From positions 5,890,001 to 5,954,000 of the forward strand of contig OX597826.1 of NCBI GenBank assembly GCA_951406725.2: DNA of 64,000 bases, in the 5' to 3' direction. The notes below the pieces were generated by a model. The model searched no databases. It was not told the origin of the DNA and worked only from the letters and a program-made list of their open reading frames with translations. Of this stretch, positions 52,398 to 64,000 are shown piece after piece. The DNA is from Octopus vulgaris. Lineage: Eukaryota. The stretch's first letter is position 1. Every line of letters begins with the position of its first letter. Both the position numbers and the translations under genes were made by a program.

Positions 52398-52768
52398 TTG
52401 TACTTGTTTCAGTCATATGACTGCGGCCATGCTGGGGCGCCGTCTTTAGTCGAGCAAATCGAACCCAATGACTTATTCTTTTTAAGCCTAGTACTTATTC
52501 TATCCCTCTCTTTTGCCGAACCGCTAAGTTACGGGGACGTAAACACACCAGTATCGGCTGTCAAGGGGTGTTGGTGGGACAAACACAGACACACAAACAC
52601 ACACACACATATATATATATACATATATACGACAGGCTTCTTTCAGTTTCCGTCTACAAAATCCACTCACAAGGCTTTGGTCGGACCGAGACTATAATAG
52701 AAGACCCTTGCCCAAGGTGCCACGCAGTGGGACTGAACCCGGAACTATGCGGTTGGTAAGCAAGCTAC
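52398..52768 (-). mobile_element. SINE family B, near full length
   Basis: reverse complement of 43340-43823. Confidence 0.92.
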
Positions 52769-53160
52769 AATATTACTATTATACTTTAGGGCTATAAAGT
52801 ATTTGCTATTCCTCTGTTATCCTAAGAATTCAAGTGGGATGCAAAATGCATGCTATCACCATACCTTCCAAAATAACTATTATATTTATATTAAATTTGC
52901 TGCATAGTGTACAGCATTCCCAAGGACATTCAGGTTGTATTGTATCCAAGGAGGAAACGATAGTGGCAGTGTAGAAGCTTGTTACTTTCTTTTATTTGAC
53001 CCGTTCAGGTGAGCATGGTAAGCGCTGATTTATCTACATCAGTGTTACTCTTTTCAAAGCAGTCCATCTATATTATAATTTAATCTATTTCGATTAAAAC
53101 GAAAATTTTATTTCGCATATAAACATATATTAGTTTTACACACATATATTCTGTGTTATG

Positions 53161-53300
<140 letters not shown>

Positions 53301-54740
53301 ATGGTAATAATAAATCAAATATGAAATATAAAATAAAATGTTTTATAGGATTGTGTTTCATTAAAATATGTTTAGTAATGATATCTAACTCTAAAAGAAA
53401 CTCAGTTTAATTTACTAGCAATCAAATTTATATTAAGAAATTCATTAAATACACAAAATATTAATCTCTGAATATCAAGAAAAATCTAATTTTATTTTTA
53501 CCGCTAATGAATATGTCGTAAATTCTTATTCTGATAAAACCCTATTGAGATATCATATATTGAGATATCATATATTCAATTGATCTTTGATGATTGGCAT
53601 TCGTTTTATGTTTATTGATTAAACTCTATCTCGCAGTGAGATGTCACATCATAGGATGATCTATTTATTATTATTTTTTTTAATGATAAAGTGTAAACTA
53701 TTCGTATGTAATGATTAACTTTCTGATTAGTTATTTAATTGCTTAATATTAATGACAAAACAGCCGATGGGGATTGTATATTAATTAATCACGTTAAAAC
53801 TATTTTCGATAGACAACATAAGTATTTAATTTATAAAATGATTAATGTTTTCCTGCCTTGTGATTACTTATTTGAGAAATTTGTTTCATTGCTGGCCTTC
53901 TAATATCTTGATGCGAGTAATCATACGGCTTTGAGATATCATCGAATTTACGATCTAATAAAATACTAGCATACAGATATTGAGTTCAAAATTTGATGCC
54001 GATGTTATATCGTTGAGAACTACGTTAAATCCTGCCTGAGTGGCAACATATCTTTAGCAAATGAGTGCCAAGTTGTTCGAAGTTATATGTTTCAGTGAGC
54101 TCACATGACTTCAGGTATATCGATATATCTCACCGAAATAAAACAAATTTAATATGATTTATGGACAAGCAAATAATAATTATTGATTTGTAAATAAATT
54201 CACTGATTTATAGAACTAGTATATGAATGAAAAATAAATATTGCAAATACACACGACCTATGTTATTGAATATATTTCTGTATTTCATAGAACCTTAGAA
54301 TTTCTAGTTAATGGTATATTCAAAGATTTATTTAGTTCATGTTAAAACTTGTGTATATAATAAATGATATTTATTCCTTCAATAGATATATCGAAGTTTC
54401 GTGTTCAAACGATTTCATATCAAAATTCAGTCATCAGTTCTCATTTGAGTTCGGACTAAATAATAACACCGCTTACTTGCTTTGACACAGCAGTTAAATC
54501 CATGTTTCATAGTTCCTTCGTTAATGTTATTTTATGGAATTGGCAATGTTTCATACCTACACACGCGCTTTCACCCACACGTTTATGTATGCTTACATAC
54601 ACACGTTCGCGCATGCACATATATATCTTTATATAAACGTTTCTCTCCCTTTACCGCTCCTTCACTCTCTTTCTCTCTCTCTCTCTACACGCACACAAAC
54701 TCATACATATATAGCAGCTACGCAAACACACACACACATT

Positions 54741-54778
<38 letters not shown>

Positions 54779-54895
54779 AATATGTATGTATATACATCCA
54801 TATATACATTTACATATACATATATATGTATATATTTAAGCAAAAATATATATATATATGTATGCATATATAAATATATATATACATATATATAA

Positions 54896-54943
<48 letters not shown>

Positions 54944-54948
54944 TACGG

Positions 54949-54986
<38 letters not shown>

Positions 54987-55580
54987 GTATTATGTATATG
55001 AACATACACACACACATGCATACATTTATTCATGCGCACATACATACATAAATACATACATACTCATATACGTTCTTACAAACTTATATACATATATATA
55101 TATTTATAAATATACGTATGCACAAGGGTGCACACAAAAACACACAACCATACGCAAGCAAACATACATAGAGAAATTGATTAAGGTGGTAGGAAGAGAA
55201 AGAGAGAGAGTAAGATGAGGGGGGTAAAGAGAGAGTATGATGGAAGGGACAGTGAGTCTTGAAGAAGGGAAATCAGAGGAATAAATGTATAGGAGAGAAA
55301 GAAATAAAGCAATGCCGTATTTGTAAATAAACAGTAATGTATGTCAGTGCAAATATCGTCTTCAAATAAGATACGTAGACAAATACATATATATAAACAT
55401 ACCGACATATATATTTGCGCAAAGAGATTTGCAAACGCAAACCATATATATATATAGGATGAGGCCTACGCATATGCACTGGGTTCTACGCAAATATAAA
55501 TACGTGTGCAGGAATGCACCCACACGTACACAGAAACACACACACATAATACGTACACGCACACATATATATGTATATAA

Positions 55581-55668
<88 letters not shown>

Positions 55669-55686
55669 CATATATGTAATATATAT

Positions 55687-55717
<31 letters not shown>

Positions 55718-56109
55718 GTGTGTGTGTGTATACATACATACATACATACATATATATATATATATGTAACCCATTAAATTTTGGGTACTATATATGTTTA
55801 TTGTTCATATTTAACATCTTATTTTATGGTGAACGTTTTATGATACACCTCATAGAAATATTGGTGTTAAACTATATATTCATTGCTGATACCGGTATCC
55901 TTTGAATGTGTGTTCAAATATCTAACAACTCTTTTGAATTATTAACACCGGTTTTATTTATCGGTTATATTTTTTATTATAGGTATTTAAATAGCACAGC
56001 CATGTTTGCCGAATGTCAAATCAAAGACCATTTATGTTTTATAAGAACACCGGTAAATAGATGATTGTACATAAACGCTCTTAAGTCCACACACGCGCTC
56101 ACACACACA

Positions 56110-56147
<38 letters not shown>

Positions 56148-56151
56148 CACA

Positions 56152-56191
<40 letters not shown>

Positions 56192-56559
56192 AGCTTGTGT
56201 GTATATGTGTATGAGTATATGCATGTACGCATCTTTTTATATGATTTTCGTACGTATTCATACTATGTGTACAATATATAAGTATACGTTGTTATACACA
56301 TACGTTTTTTATACACACACACCACACACACATATACATATATATGTTTGTATATATATAGATATATATATTTATATATATATATTCATATATATATACA
56401 TAATTTTATATATGTATGCATATATGTAGATTGGCATATATACATAAATATAGTCATATGTGTATATGTATTCATCATAGATATATAAATACACACACAC
56501 GAGTATGTATGTTTGCTTGTTTGTGTATATATATGTGTGGATATTCTAGTTTTTTTGCT

Positions 56560-56780
56560 ACTGTGAGATACACCATCACATGGTTCTTCAGGCAACGTTG
56601 AGTGAGAAGCTTTGTTCTGCCTACATAGAAAGACTCTTGAGAAAAAAGAAATAGAAGCATGCATTATGTTACAGTAATGGCATATTTGAATTGCAAGAAG
56701 GTCCTTCACATTGGCTCTTCTATGCCAGGCATTTCTCTCACTGTCTATTTTGCCGAACACCTTTCTGAACGTGTACAATT
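56560..56780 (-). pseudogene. possible decayed LINE RT fragment
   Basis: VHVQKGVRQ on the minus strand (GVRQG-like motif); little else. Confidence 0.3.
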
Positions 56781-56919
56781 TTTAGGGTTTGAACGCGTGG
56801 CATTCGTGCTTAATATCAATTAAGTACCTATTTGTGCAAGTACGATTGTATTGAGATGTATGTGTATTTGTACTATATTGAATTTATGTAGATATATTAG
56901 ATGTTTAGAACTTATTTGT

Positions 56920-57270
56920 GTTGTATGGTTAAGAAGTATGCTTTGAAGCCACGTGGATTTGGGTTTACTCTCTCTGCGGGAAAACCTGGGCCAGTGTCTT
57001 CTAATGTAGCCCCGGACCGATCAATGTGTTGCCAGTGAGTTTGGTCGACGGAAATTGTGTTCCTGTGTAATGTATATATAATTGTCTCATTCCTTTTCTC
57101 TTTCTAAACCTTCCACTCGAGAAATATGTTAACGTCGACGTCACCTAGCGTTTCGCCAAGAGATAACGATCGAATAAATACCACGATTGCAAAGTAGACA
57201 TTGGGGTCAATTTGTTCCACTAAATCCTTAAAAGCGTTTTCCCAACTTGCTCGTAGCCCAACGTGTGAAA
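56920..57270 (+). mobile_element. SINE family B, degenerate
   Basis: TGGTTAAGAAG..CTGGGCCAGTGTCTTCTA..GACGGAAA..TGGGGTCAATTTG. Confidence 0.65.
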
Positions 57271-59924
57271 TATAAGAAATATAAGAAATATAAGACATAA
57301 AGGTTATAACATATACTCAATCAATAGACCTGTACGACAAGCATGCTCCCTTTTGTATTACTATCTGCTTGTATATCTTTGTGAATTCCATCCATAATTC
57401 TCATAAATATATACTAGAACGTGGCTACAGTGATTATTTGATCCGAGAATTGAAAGAAAGATTAAAGAATATTGACTTCCCAAATGAGATGTTCATCAAG
57501 GCGACCACTTCTTTATTGTTGAATATTATCGTTTATAGACTATGATTTCATTAAACAATCTGACGATTAAAAAACTTATCAGCCATAGCTCTATGATCAA
57601 GGGACTCGTGTTGCAACAACGTGTAAGACTGTGTTAGTGTGTATGTGTGTATTCGTGTGCCCGTATATGCATGTGTGTGTCTATGTGCGTGTATGCTTCT
57701 CATACTGAATTTCGGTTTGTAAGACTATAGTCTAAATTATTCTCATTACGTTCCTGTATGCGCAATCTTGAAATTAAACTGTTGCAGTATATTTTATATC
57801 TGATCAAAATATATTGTCAAATTACCTCCGCAAATAAGTTTTCAGTTTTCATTTCGTTCAGATCTATCGTATACCCCATTAAAGTTTGCACTATTATAAA
57901 ACAGAAATTTTGACATCATATTTCACTCACTTCAGAGACACTAACCCTGGTTTTAGAAAAATTAACTACTATCAGCAACCATACAACAGAATTCACAAAT
58001 CTCTTTTTCTTCTACCAGAAACTAGCAATTTCTGAATAACCAATACAGATTTGAAATATCATAAGGAATCAGCATCCATTGACAAGGTTCCAAAAGAAAC
58101 GAAAATTTTGGAAGAAAAAAATTATATAAATAATAAATGCTTGGAAATTCAACTGGTGAGTGTGTTGCATATTAAGGCATTAAAGCAGTGAGACTCTCCC
58201 CAGACACAACAAAATATAAAGATAGTTTCAGCTTACGTCACTCCCGCATAACTTCAACTTATATGAAAGTTCGTTGCCTGAAAAGATAGAAAGATAAAGG
58301 GTAATCAAACTTAAAACTGATTAATAAAGTTTGCAATAATAATCTGCTATTAATCAGGAAAAGTAAATTTAAAACTTTAAAAGACAAATGTCAATATAAT
58401 GTCTCGGCTAAGTTTCTATGTCGCAAGTAAAAGATACATTCTTGAAGCAGTCGTTTTTGCTTCAAATTAATATAGCTTATATCTGAACTGGTGCCAATTA
58501 ACATTCGGCAGCAGATGGTTACAATGTAAGTTATTGAAAATATTAGAAATTGAAACTTTAATCGTTTCAGATGTGACCTTTAACTTTTCAGCATAATTCC
58601 AATTTATAATCTGGTCTGACCGGAGTTCATCTGACATTTTAGTAAATCATAACAACGCGATATAACTAATGTACGTTCAATAATGCTGTTCACTAACCTA
58701 TGGTAAAGACAAATGTATATAAATATATGTGCATGCGTATATGTGTGTATGCAAATATGCAAATATTCATACATATACACACACATACAAATGCATATAG
58801 ATATTCATATATATGAGGCAAACGTACATGTGTATATATGTGTATATATATATATATATATGTGTGTATATATGTATGTAAATATATGTATATATATATA
58901 TATGTGTGTGTGTGTATGTATATATATATGTATGTATATAAGTATATATATATATGATATTTATGCATGTGTGTGGACATAAGCGTATATATGTTTGTAT
59001 TGATGGAAATTTATATTGCAAGCAAATATAACATGCTTACCAATGTCTACAACTGCCGCAACGGGAAAAGTTTTCTTTTTTCCTTTGTCAACAGCCTAAA
59101 TGCCAGCTTGTGCGCAGATTTTGTCGATCGATAATGTGCATCTTCGAATTGAAAATCAACTTATTGAGATATAATACCTGATTGAAAATTTTAGGATATA
59201 TTGTAAAGGTTATGATGAAATCGTTAATCTGGGAATGTAAGAAAACAGAGAAGTAACTTGTTATTACAAATGTGAGGTCATGTTTAGTAAGTTAGCTCTC
59301 GATACACAACGCCTGTAGATTAGACGAGAAGGCCACCGCTTAATTGCTCTGTATATCAAACTATTCTTGCTAGTAAAATGCGAAAATTGCCCTAACGCAC
59401 GAATCGTAATAACAAGAATCGTAATAACTAATTGTTTCTCATTATTTAATAATGGTTTCTTTAACATAAGAAGGAAAACAAGATGAAGGACAACTAGAAC
59501 TTATCACAAAGAAATAAATAACATAAGGGAGAAGGAAAAAAAATGTGGGATTTGGTCAAGAATCTTTAATTTCTTCAACGTCATTAGGGCTGACATTCAC
59601 GTAGAAAAATATAAATGATATAGATCGAGCTTTCGAGAATTTTCAGAAATAAGGTTATATATATTCTTTTATATATACCTATTGAGAAACCCACAACATG
59701 TAGATACTAATATACAGGACAACACGTATTTTAGATCATTCATAATATACACTATAGATGTCATAATCTGCTGTTGTGTATCCTCTATGTCAATGTAGAT
59801 GGGAATAGATTCTATATAAAAATATATTCCAGCCGTGTCTATACTGTATGTGTGTGTGTTAGTGTATATATGTATGTAGGTTTGTCTGTATGTGTAATGT
59901 GTGTGTGTATCAGTGATTGAGTGC

Positions 59925-60140
59925 CTTTGTGTCTGTATTTTTCCTCCATTACCGCTTGACAACCGGTGTTGGTGTGTTTACGTACTCGGGACCATAGCGG
60001 TTCGGTCGAAAGAAAACGATAGAATAAATACCAGACTTAACAAACATTAAGTATTGAAGTCGAATCATTCGACAAAGATTAATTCTTCAAAGCGGTGCTC
60101 CAGCATGGACACAGTCAAGTGACTGAAAGATATAAAAGAC
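59925..60140 (+). mobile_element. SINE family B, 3' half
   Basis: CGCTTGACAACCGGTGTTGGTGTGTTTACG..GCGGTGCTCCAGCATGG..GACTGAAA. Confidence 0.8.
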
Positions 60141-60283
60141 AAAACATAAGATGTGGTAGGTCTTTGAGAAAGATAGGTTTCTTGTGATCAGACACAAATA
60201 AAATTCACGAAGTTATATCACAAAGGCCATTTGATCTTAGATTCAGAACCTATGTTTGCATCGATAGTGGCTACATCTTGACA

Positions 60284-60765
60284 AAGGCGGCAAGTTGGCA
60301 GAATTGTTAGCACGCCGGACGAAATGCTTAGCGGTATTTCGTCTGTTTCTACGGTCTGAGTTCATACTCACCCGAGGTCGACTTTGCCTTTCATCATTTC
60401 GGGGTCGAGTAAATAAGTACCACTTATGCACTGGGGTCGACATAATCGACTTAATCCGTTTGTCTGTCCTTGTTCGTCACCTCTGTGTTTAGTAAAGAAA
60501 TGAGTAGTAAAGAAATGTGGGTAGTAAAGAAATGGGCATTTCGTCTGCTGCTACGTTCTGAGTTCAAATTCTCAAAGATTTCGGTCCTTGTGCCTAGAGT
60601 AGAAAAGGGTAGTTTTGCATGCCGGTCAAAATGTTTAGCTCATTTCATCGCCTTTCTTCTTTTTGGGGTCGATAAAATAAGTACAAGTCGAGCACTGGCG
60701 TCGATGTAATAGACTTAACCCACCACCGAACTTGCTGCTTTTGTGCCAACATACGAAACCAATAA
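60284..60765 (+). mobile_element. SINE family A compound (full copy plus partial units)
   Basis: GGCGGCAAGTTGGCAGAATTGTTAGCACGCCGG head; body restarts at ~60535 and ~60620. Confidence 0.88.
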
Positions 60766-61057
60766 TAGAGCATACAAGCGCATCACACATACGCGCGGGA
60801 GCACTGCATGCTAACATAACTCTACATAGATACATATATACAGACACTTTAGCATCGTCCCCAGCACAGATTTTCTCTATACACCGATCTCCCATGCACA
60901 TGTAAAATGTGAACCTGGACGTTAGGATATATTTGCTCACGAACATACAATTTTCCCCCTATCACTGTTGCGTCGTTTCTTTCCCTATTGTAATTCGCGC
61001 TCATTTTCAAACAGCAATATGCGAACGACCTCCAGAAATTGAACTAAGAATCGTTTG

Positions 61058-61400
61058 TTAAATTATGGAGTTCAGTGTGCGATCACATAGTATCTTTCTA
61101 AATTTCATTTTCACTGCACTTACATTAAGAAAGTGTGATGCATCATTGTAAAGTGTCAATTCAAGAGTTGTGAGTGAAATTCTCTTGATAGGAACTGTAG
61201 AACTTCGCATCTTGTACATGTCTACATACACGCGTTCAACACCATAGGCAGCTCCGTAGCATAATTTACGCATTTTGTTTCCATCTAGATCAAGAAAATT
61301 ACCATTCAGACTGATGATAGATAAAGAGCCTTGTGTCGTCTTGTATTTCCTCCACCTGCTAGAGAGACACTCGTAAAAGGTCACAGTCGCTACCCACACT
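61058..61400 (-). pseudogene. decayed RTE-like LINE fragment
   Basis: RWRKY..AAYGVE..SAVKMKFRKILCDRTLNSII resembles the RTE W..F..L / YGSETW / EMRMLR..G.T..D.I region. Confidence 0.45.
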
Positions 61401-63925
61401 CATTTACCTATGTTTATACATTTTTTCGCGTAGACAGCCCCTAATTAATTCTAAACTTTAAAACACAAATTATTGATCGTCATAAAATGACAAAATATAA
61501 ATTTCATTTCGTGAGGTTTCCTACCATATATATATATATATATTTCTTCTTTATATTTCCCATTTATTTTTATCGTGAATGAAACGGTATTAAAATGTCA
61601 CCCGCTACCTCGGATACCGGATTTTACCCCTATTAAAATGTCAGATATGCACCTAAACGCAATAATAGGTGTTTATGTGTTTTCACGTAAACTTAAAGGG
61701 AATTCTTACAAATATGAAGTTAAATCTACCCCCTTGAAATATGGTGTAAAATAGAAAGTTGTCTCCATGTCAAATTTAAAATATCATAGCAAAAATATCG
61801 ATAGAAAAGAATATATAAAATGTAAAGCTGAGAGCTTTTGTGTGCGCCCATATATATATATATGAATACACCACACACACACACACATATATACACATAT
61901 ATATATATATACATGGGTGTGTGTATGTATATATAGACGTATATATATATATATATGTATGTATATATATGTATATGTATATATAAATATATATATATGT
62001 GTGTTTGTGTGTGTGTGTGTGTGTGTTTGTTTGTTTGTGTGTGTGTGTGAAGGAATGCATATATGTGTATATGTGAAATAAATAAACAGTGGATTGTATT
62101 TAAAGTTGTGTATTGTCGCCTCTCGAAAAATTGTTTATTGATCACGCTTGAAGGATAAACCAGCACAGATATACACACGTGTGTATATGCGTATAGCATG
62201 CTTATCAGTGCATATACGTACACACGTACAATAATCTTACAGAGGAAAACAGATAATGAGACACACAATCACACACTCACACACTCATGTTGTTTGGAGT
62301 TTTGTGTTCGGCTGCGAGTGTTAGAGTACGTATATATATAATATGTGTGTGTTTGAGTGTGTCTGTGCGTGCGTGTGTGTATGTACATACATATGAAAGG
62401 ATGGTCTCAGAGTGCTATGATTATTCCATTTAGGTTTCGCTGCTTGCATCAAACTTCCACCGCGATCAGGTTTGGGTCCTAACACAATAAATAGAGAATG
62501 AACACAGGTTTGAACTTGCTACCTTTTCATTTCGTCTATCGTATATGTTTCAGTAAACGGTAGCAAAGGGCACCCAGCTTTAGATGCAACTCATAATGGC
62601 AGAATGCACAAGCAAAGTCATCTTTAGACAGAAAAATGAGTGATATAAGTCAGAGTAAACAGTTGGTAGCAAAAACATTGAAGGACTCTCAATCCGAACG
62701 AAATACTTCTTAAACTCTCTGTTGTCACGTCAGCCTAACAATATTTCTTAGATTAGTGGAGAACTTTCAGTGATCTTTCAGTGGGTCCAAGGTTATGTTT
62801 CATTGCAATTCTATATTGTAAATCACAGAGTGATATATAAAATATAATGGTTATTACACATTTATCCTTTCTTGCATCAAATAAAGGGAAATATATATAA
62901 TAACCATTACATTGTACATTACATATATGTTTGTGTGTGTCTATTTGTTTTTTTTTCTTATTATATATATATATATATAGGTATATTTTTACTTTTAAAT
63001 GCATATTGATATTTAAATCTTTATTTATATTTTAAATTGCATATCTTCTACTTTTTTTTGTGTGGATTTAAATCACAATCACTAGGCATACTATTATGCA
63101 CTGATAATACCATCAACAGGCATTCTGAAATTATTCTCGTTTTGGGTATTTGGAAGAAACCTGTGAAATATAATGTTATATTATCTATCCATTATCTACT
63201 AAAAACGTATTCTTGAGATTATTCTTATTATTATGAGTATGATTATATTGTTGTTTACCTGCATTATGTAATTTCATAAGTTGTGTGCGAATAACCTTAC
63301 TTGGTTAAAAGCAAAACAATTGTAGGATAGACCTAATAAACATGACGTACAAATATATGCGTAGTTGCAAGACCATGTTATAAAATGAGTATAGCATGTG
63401 TTTCCATTGAAGCATTATTATAAGTGAATGGTCATGTCATGATATACTGAAACACTTAGATCGGAGCGAACTAATCTTTCTGAGGTTACCTCACAGAATT
63501 TATACGTTCTTTGTTGAGCATAAACTCAAAATATTCTAAATAAACTGATATAAATATGAAAAGGGATACAATTTGAACATATTCGGAGACTTAGAGGTAG
63601 TGGAGCATGAAATGGTATATTCACGAAAGCGATAAATGGGTGTGTATGAATGGATAGATATATGTAAATATAAACATATGTATGTATATTAGTGTTACAT
63701 ATATGTGTTACATGTATGTAGAAATGTGCATGCCAGTAAATCTTCTTGCTTTAGTTGCCTCTCTTAATGACTTCTTAAGCAAATGTGACGCAGCCGGGCG
63801 ACTCTGAAGTTATAAAATCAAAAATATATATGTAAATAGATAGGCTTTGATCATCTGCCGGGCCAAGGAGCTGAACGTATGCTTCTGGTTTCCTTTGAAG
63901 TGGAAAGACACAATAAACAAATAAT

Positions 63926-64000
63926 TACTCTTTACTCTTTTACTCTTTTACTTGTTTCAGTCATTTGACTGCGGCCATGCTGGAGCACCGCCTTTAGTCG
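63926..64000 (-). mobile_element. SINE family B 3' end with (TTACTCT)n tail, running off the window
   Basis: TACTCTTTTACTTGTTTCAGTCATTTGACTGCGGCCATGCTGGAGCACCGCCTTTAGTCG. Confidence 0.9.

Noticed and set aside
52961-53050. TGGCAGTGTAGAAGC resembling the miR-34 seed
   Set aside because: 3' half diverges and no proper pre-miRNA hairpin forms
57950-58100. ILLYGC on the minus strand, LINE-like
   Set aside because: single short motif without supporting neighbours

Overview
AT-rich, microsatellite-saturated eukaryotic DNA. The SINE families resemble those I recall from Octopus genomes, so a cephalopod origin is inferred, not proven. No intact known protein-coding gene, rRNA, bona fide tRNA or CRISPR array is recognisable, and almost all listed ORFs are microsatellite artefacts. 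The window holds about 28 SINE copies or fragments from three tRNA-derived families and two defective mariner elements, one of them a 3'-3' foldback. It also holds a disrupted HERO-like RLE non-LTR retrotransposon, a Penelope GIY-YIG remnant and decayed CR1/RTE fragments. The most interesting signals are: (1) a highly structured ~320-350 nt direct repeat with a hammerhead ribozyme between the copies, resembling a retrozyme or circular-RNA unit (25.2-25.7 kb); (2) several further minimal or variant hammerhead motifs in short elements sitting in (TA)n tracts; (3) three long foldbacks; (4) a speculative phase-consistent chain of five small exons (7.3-15.2 kb) that would encode a ~100 aa precursor-like peptide. 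All structures and alignments were read by eye, and coordinates of degenerate repeats are approximate.
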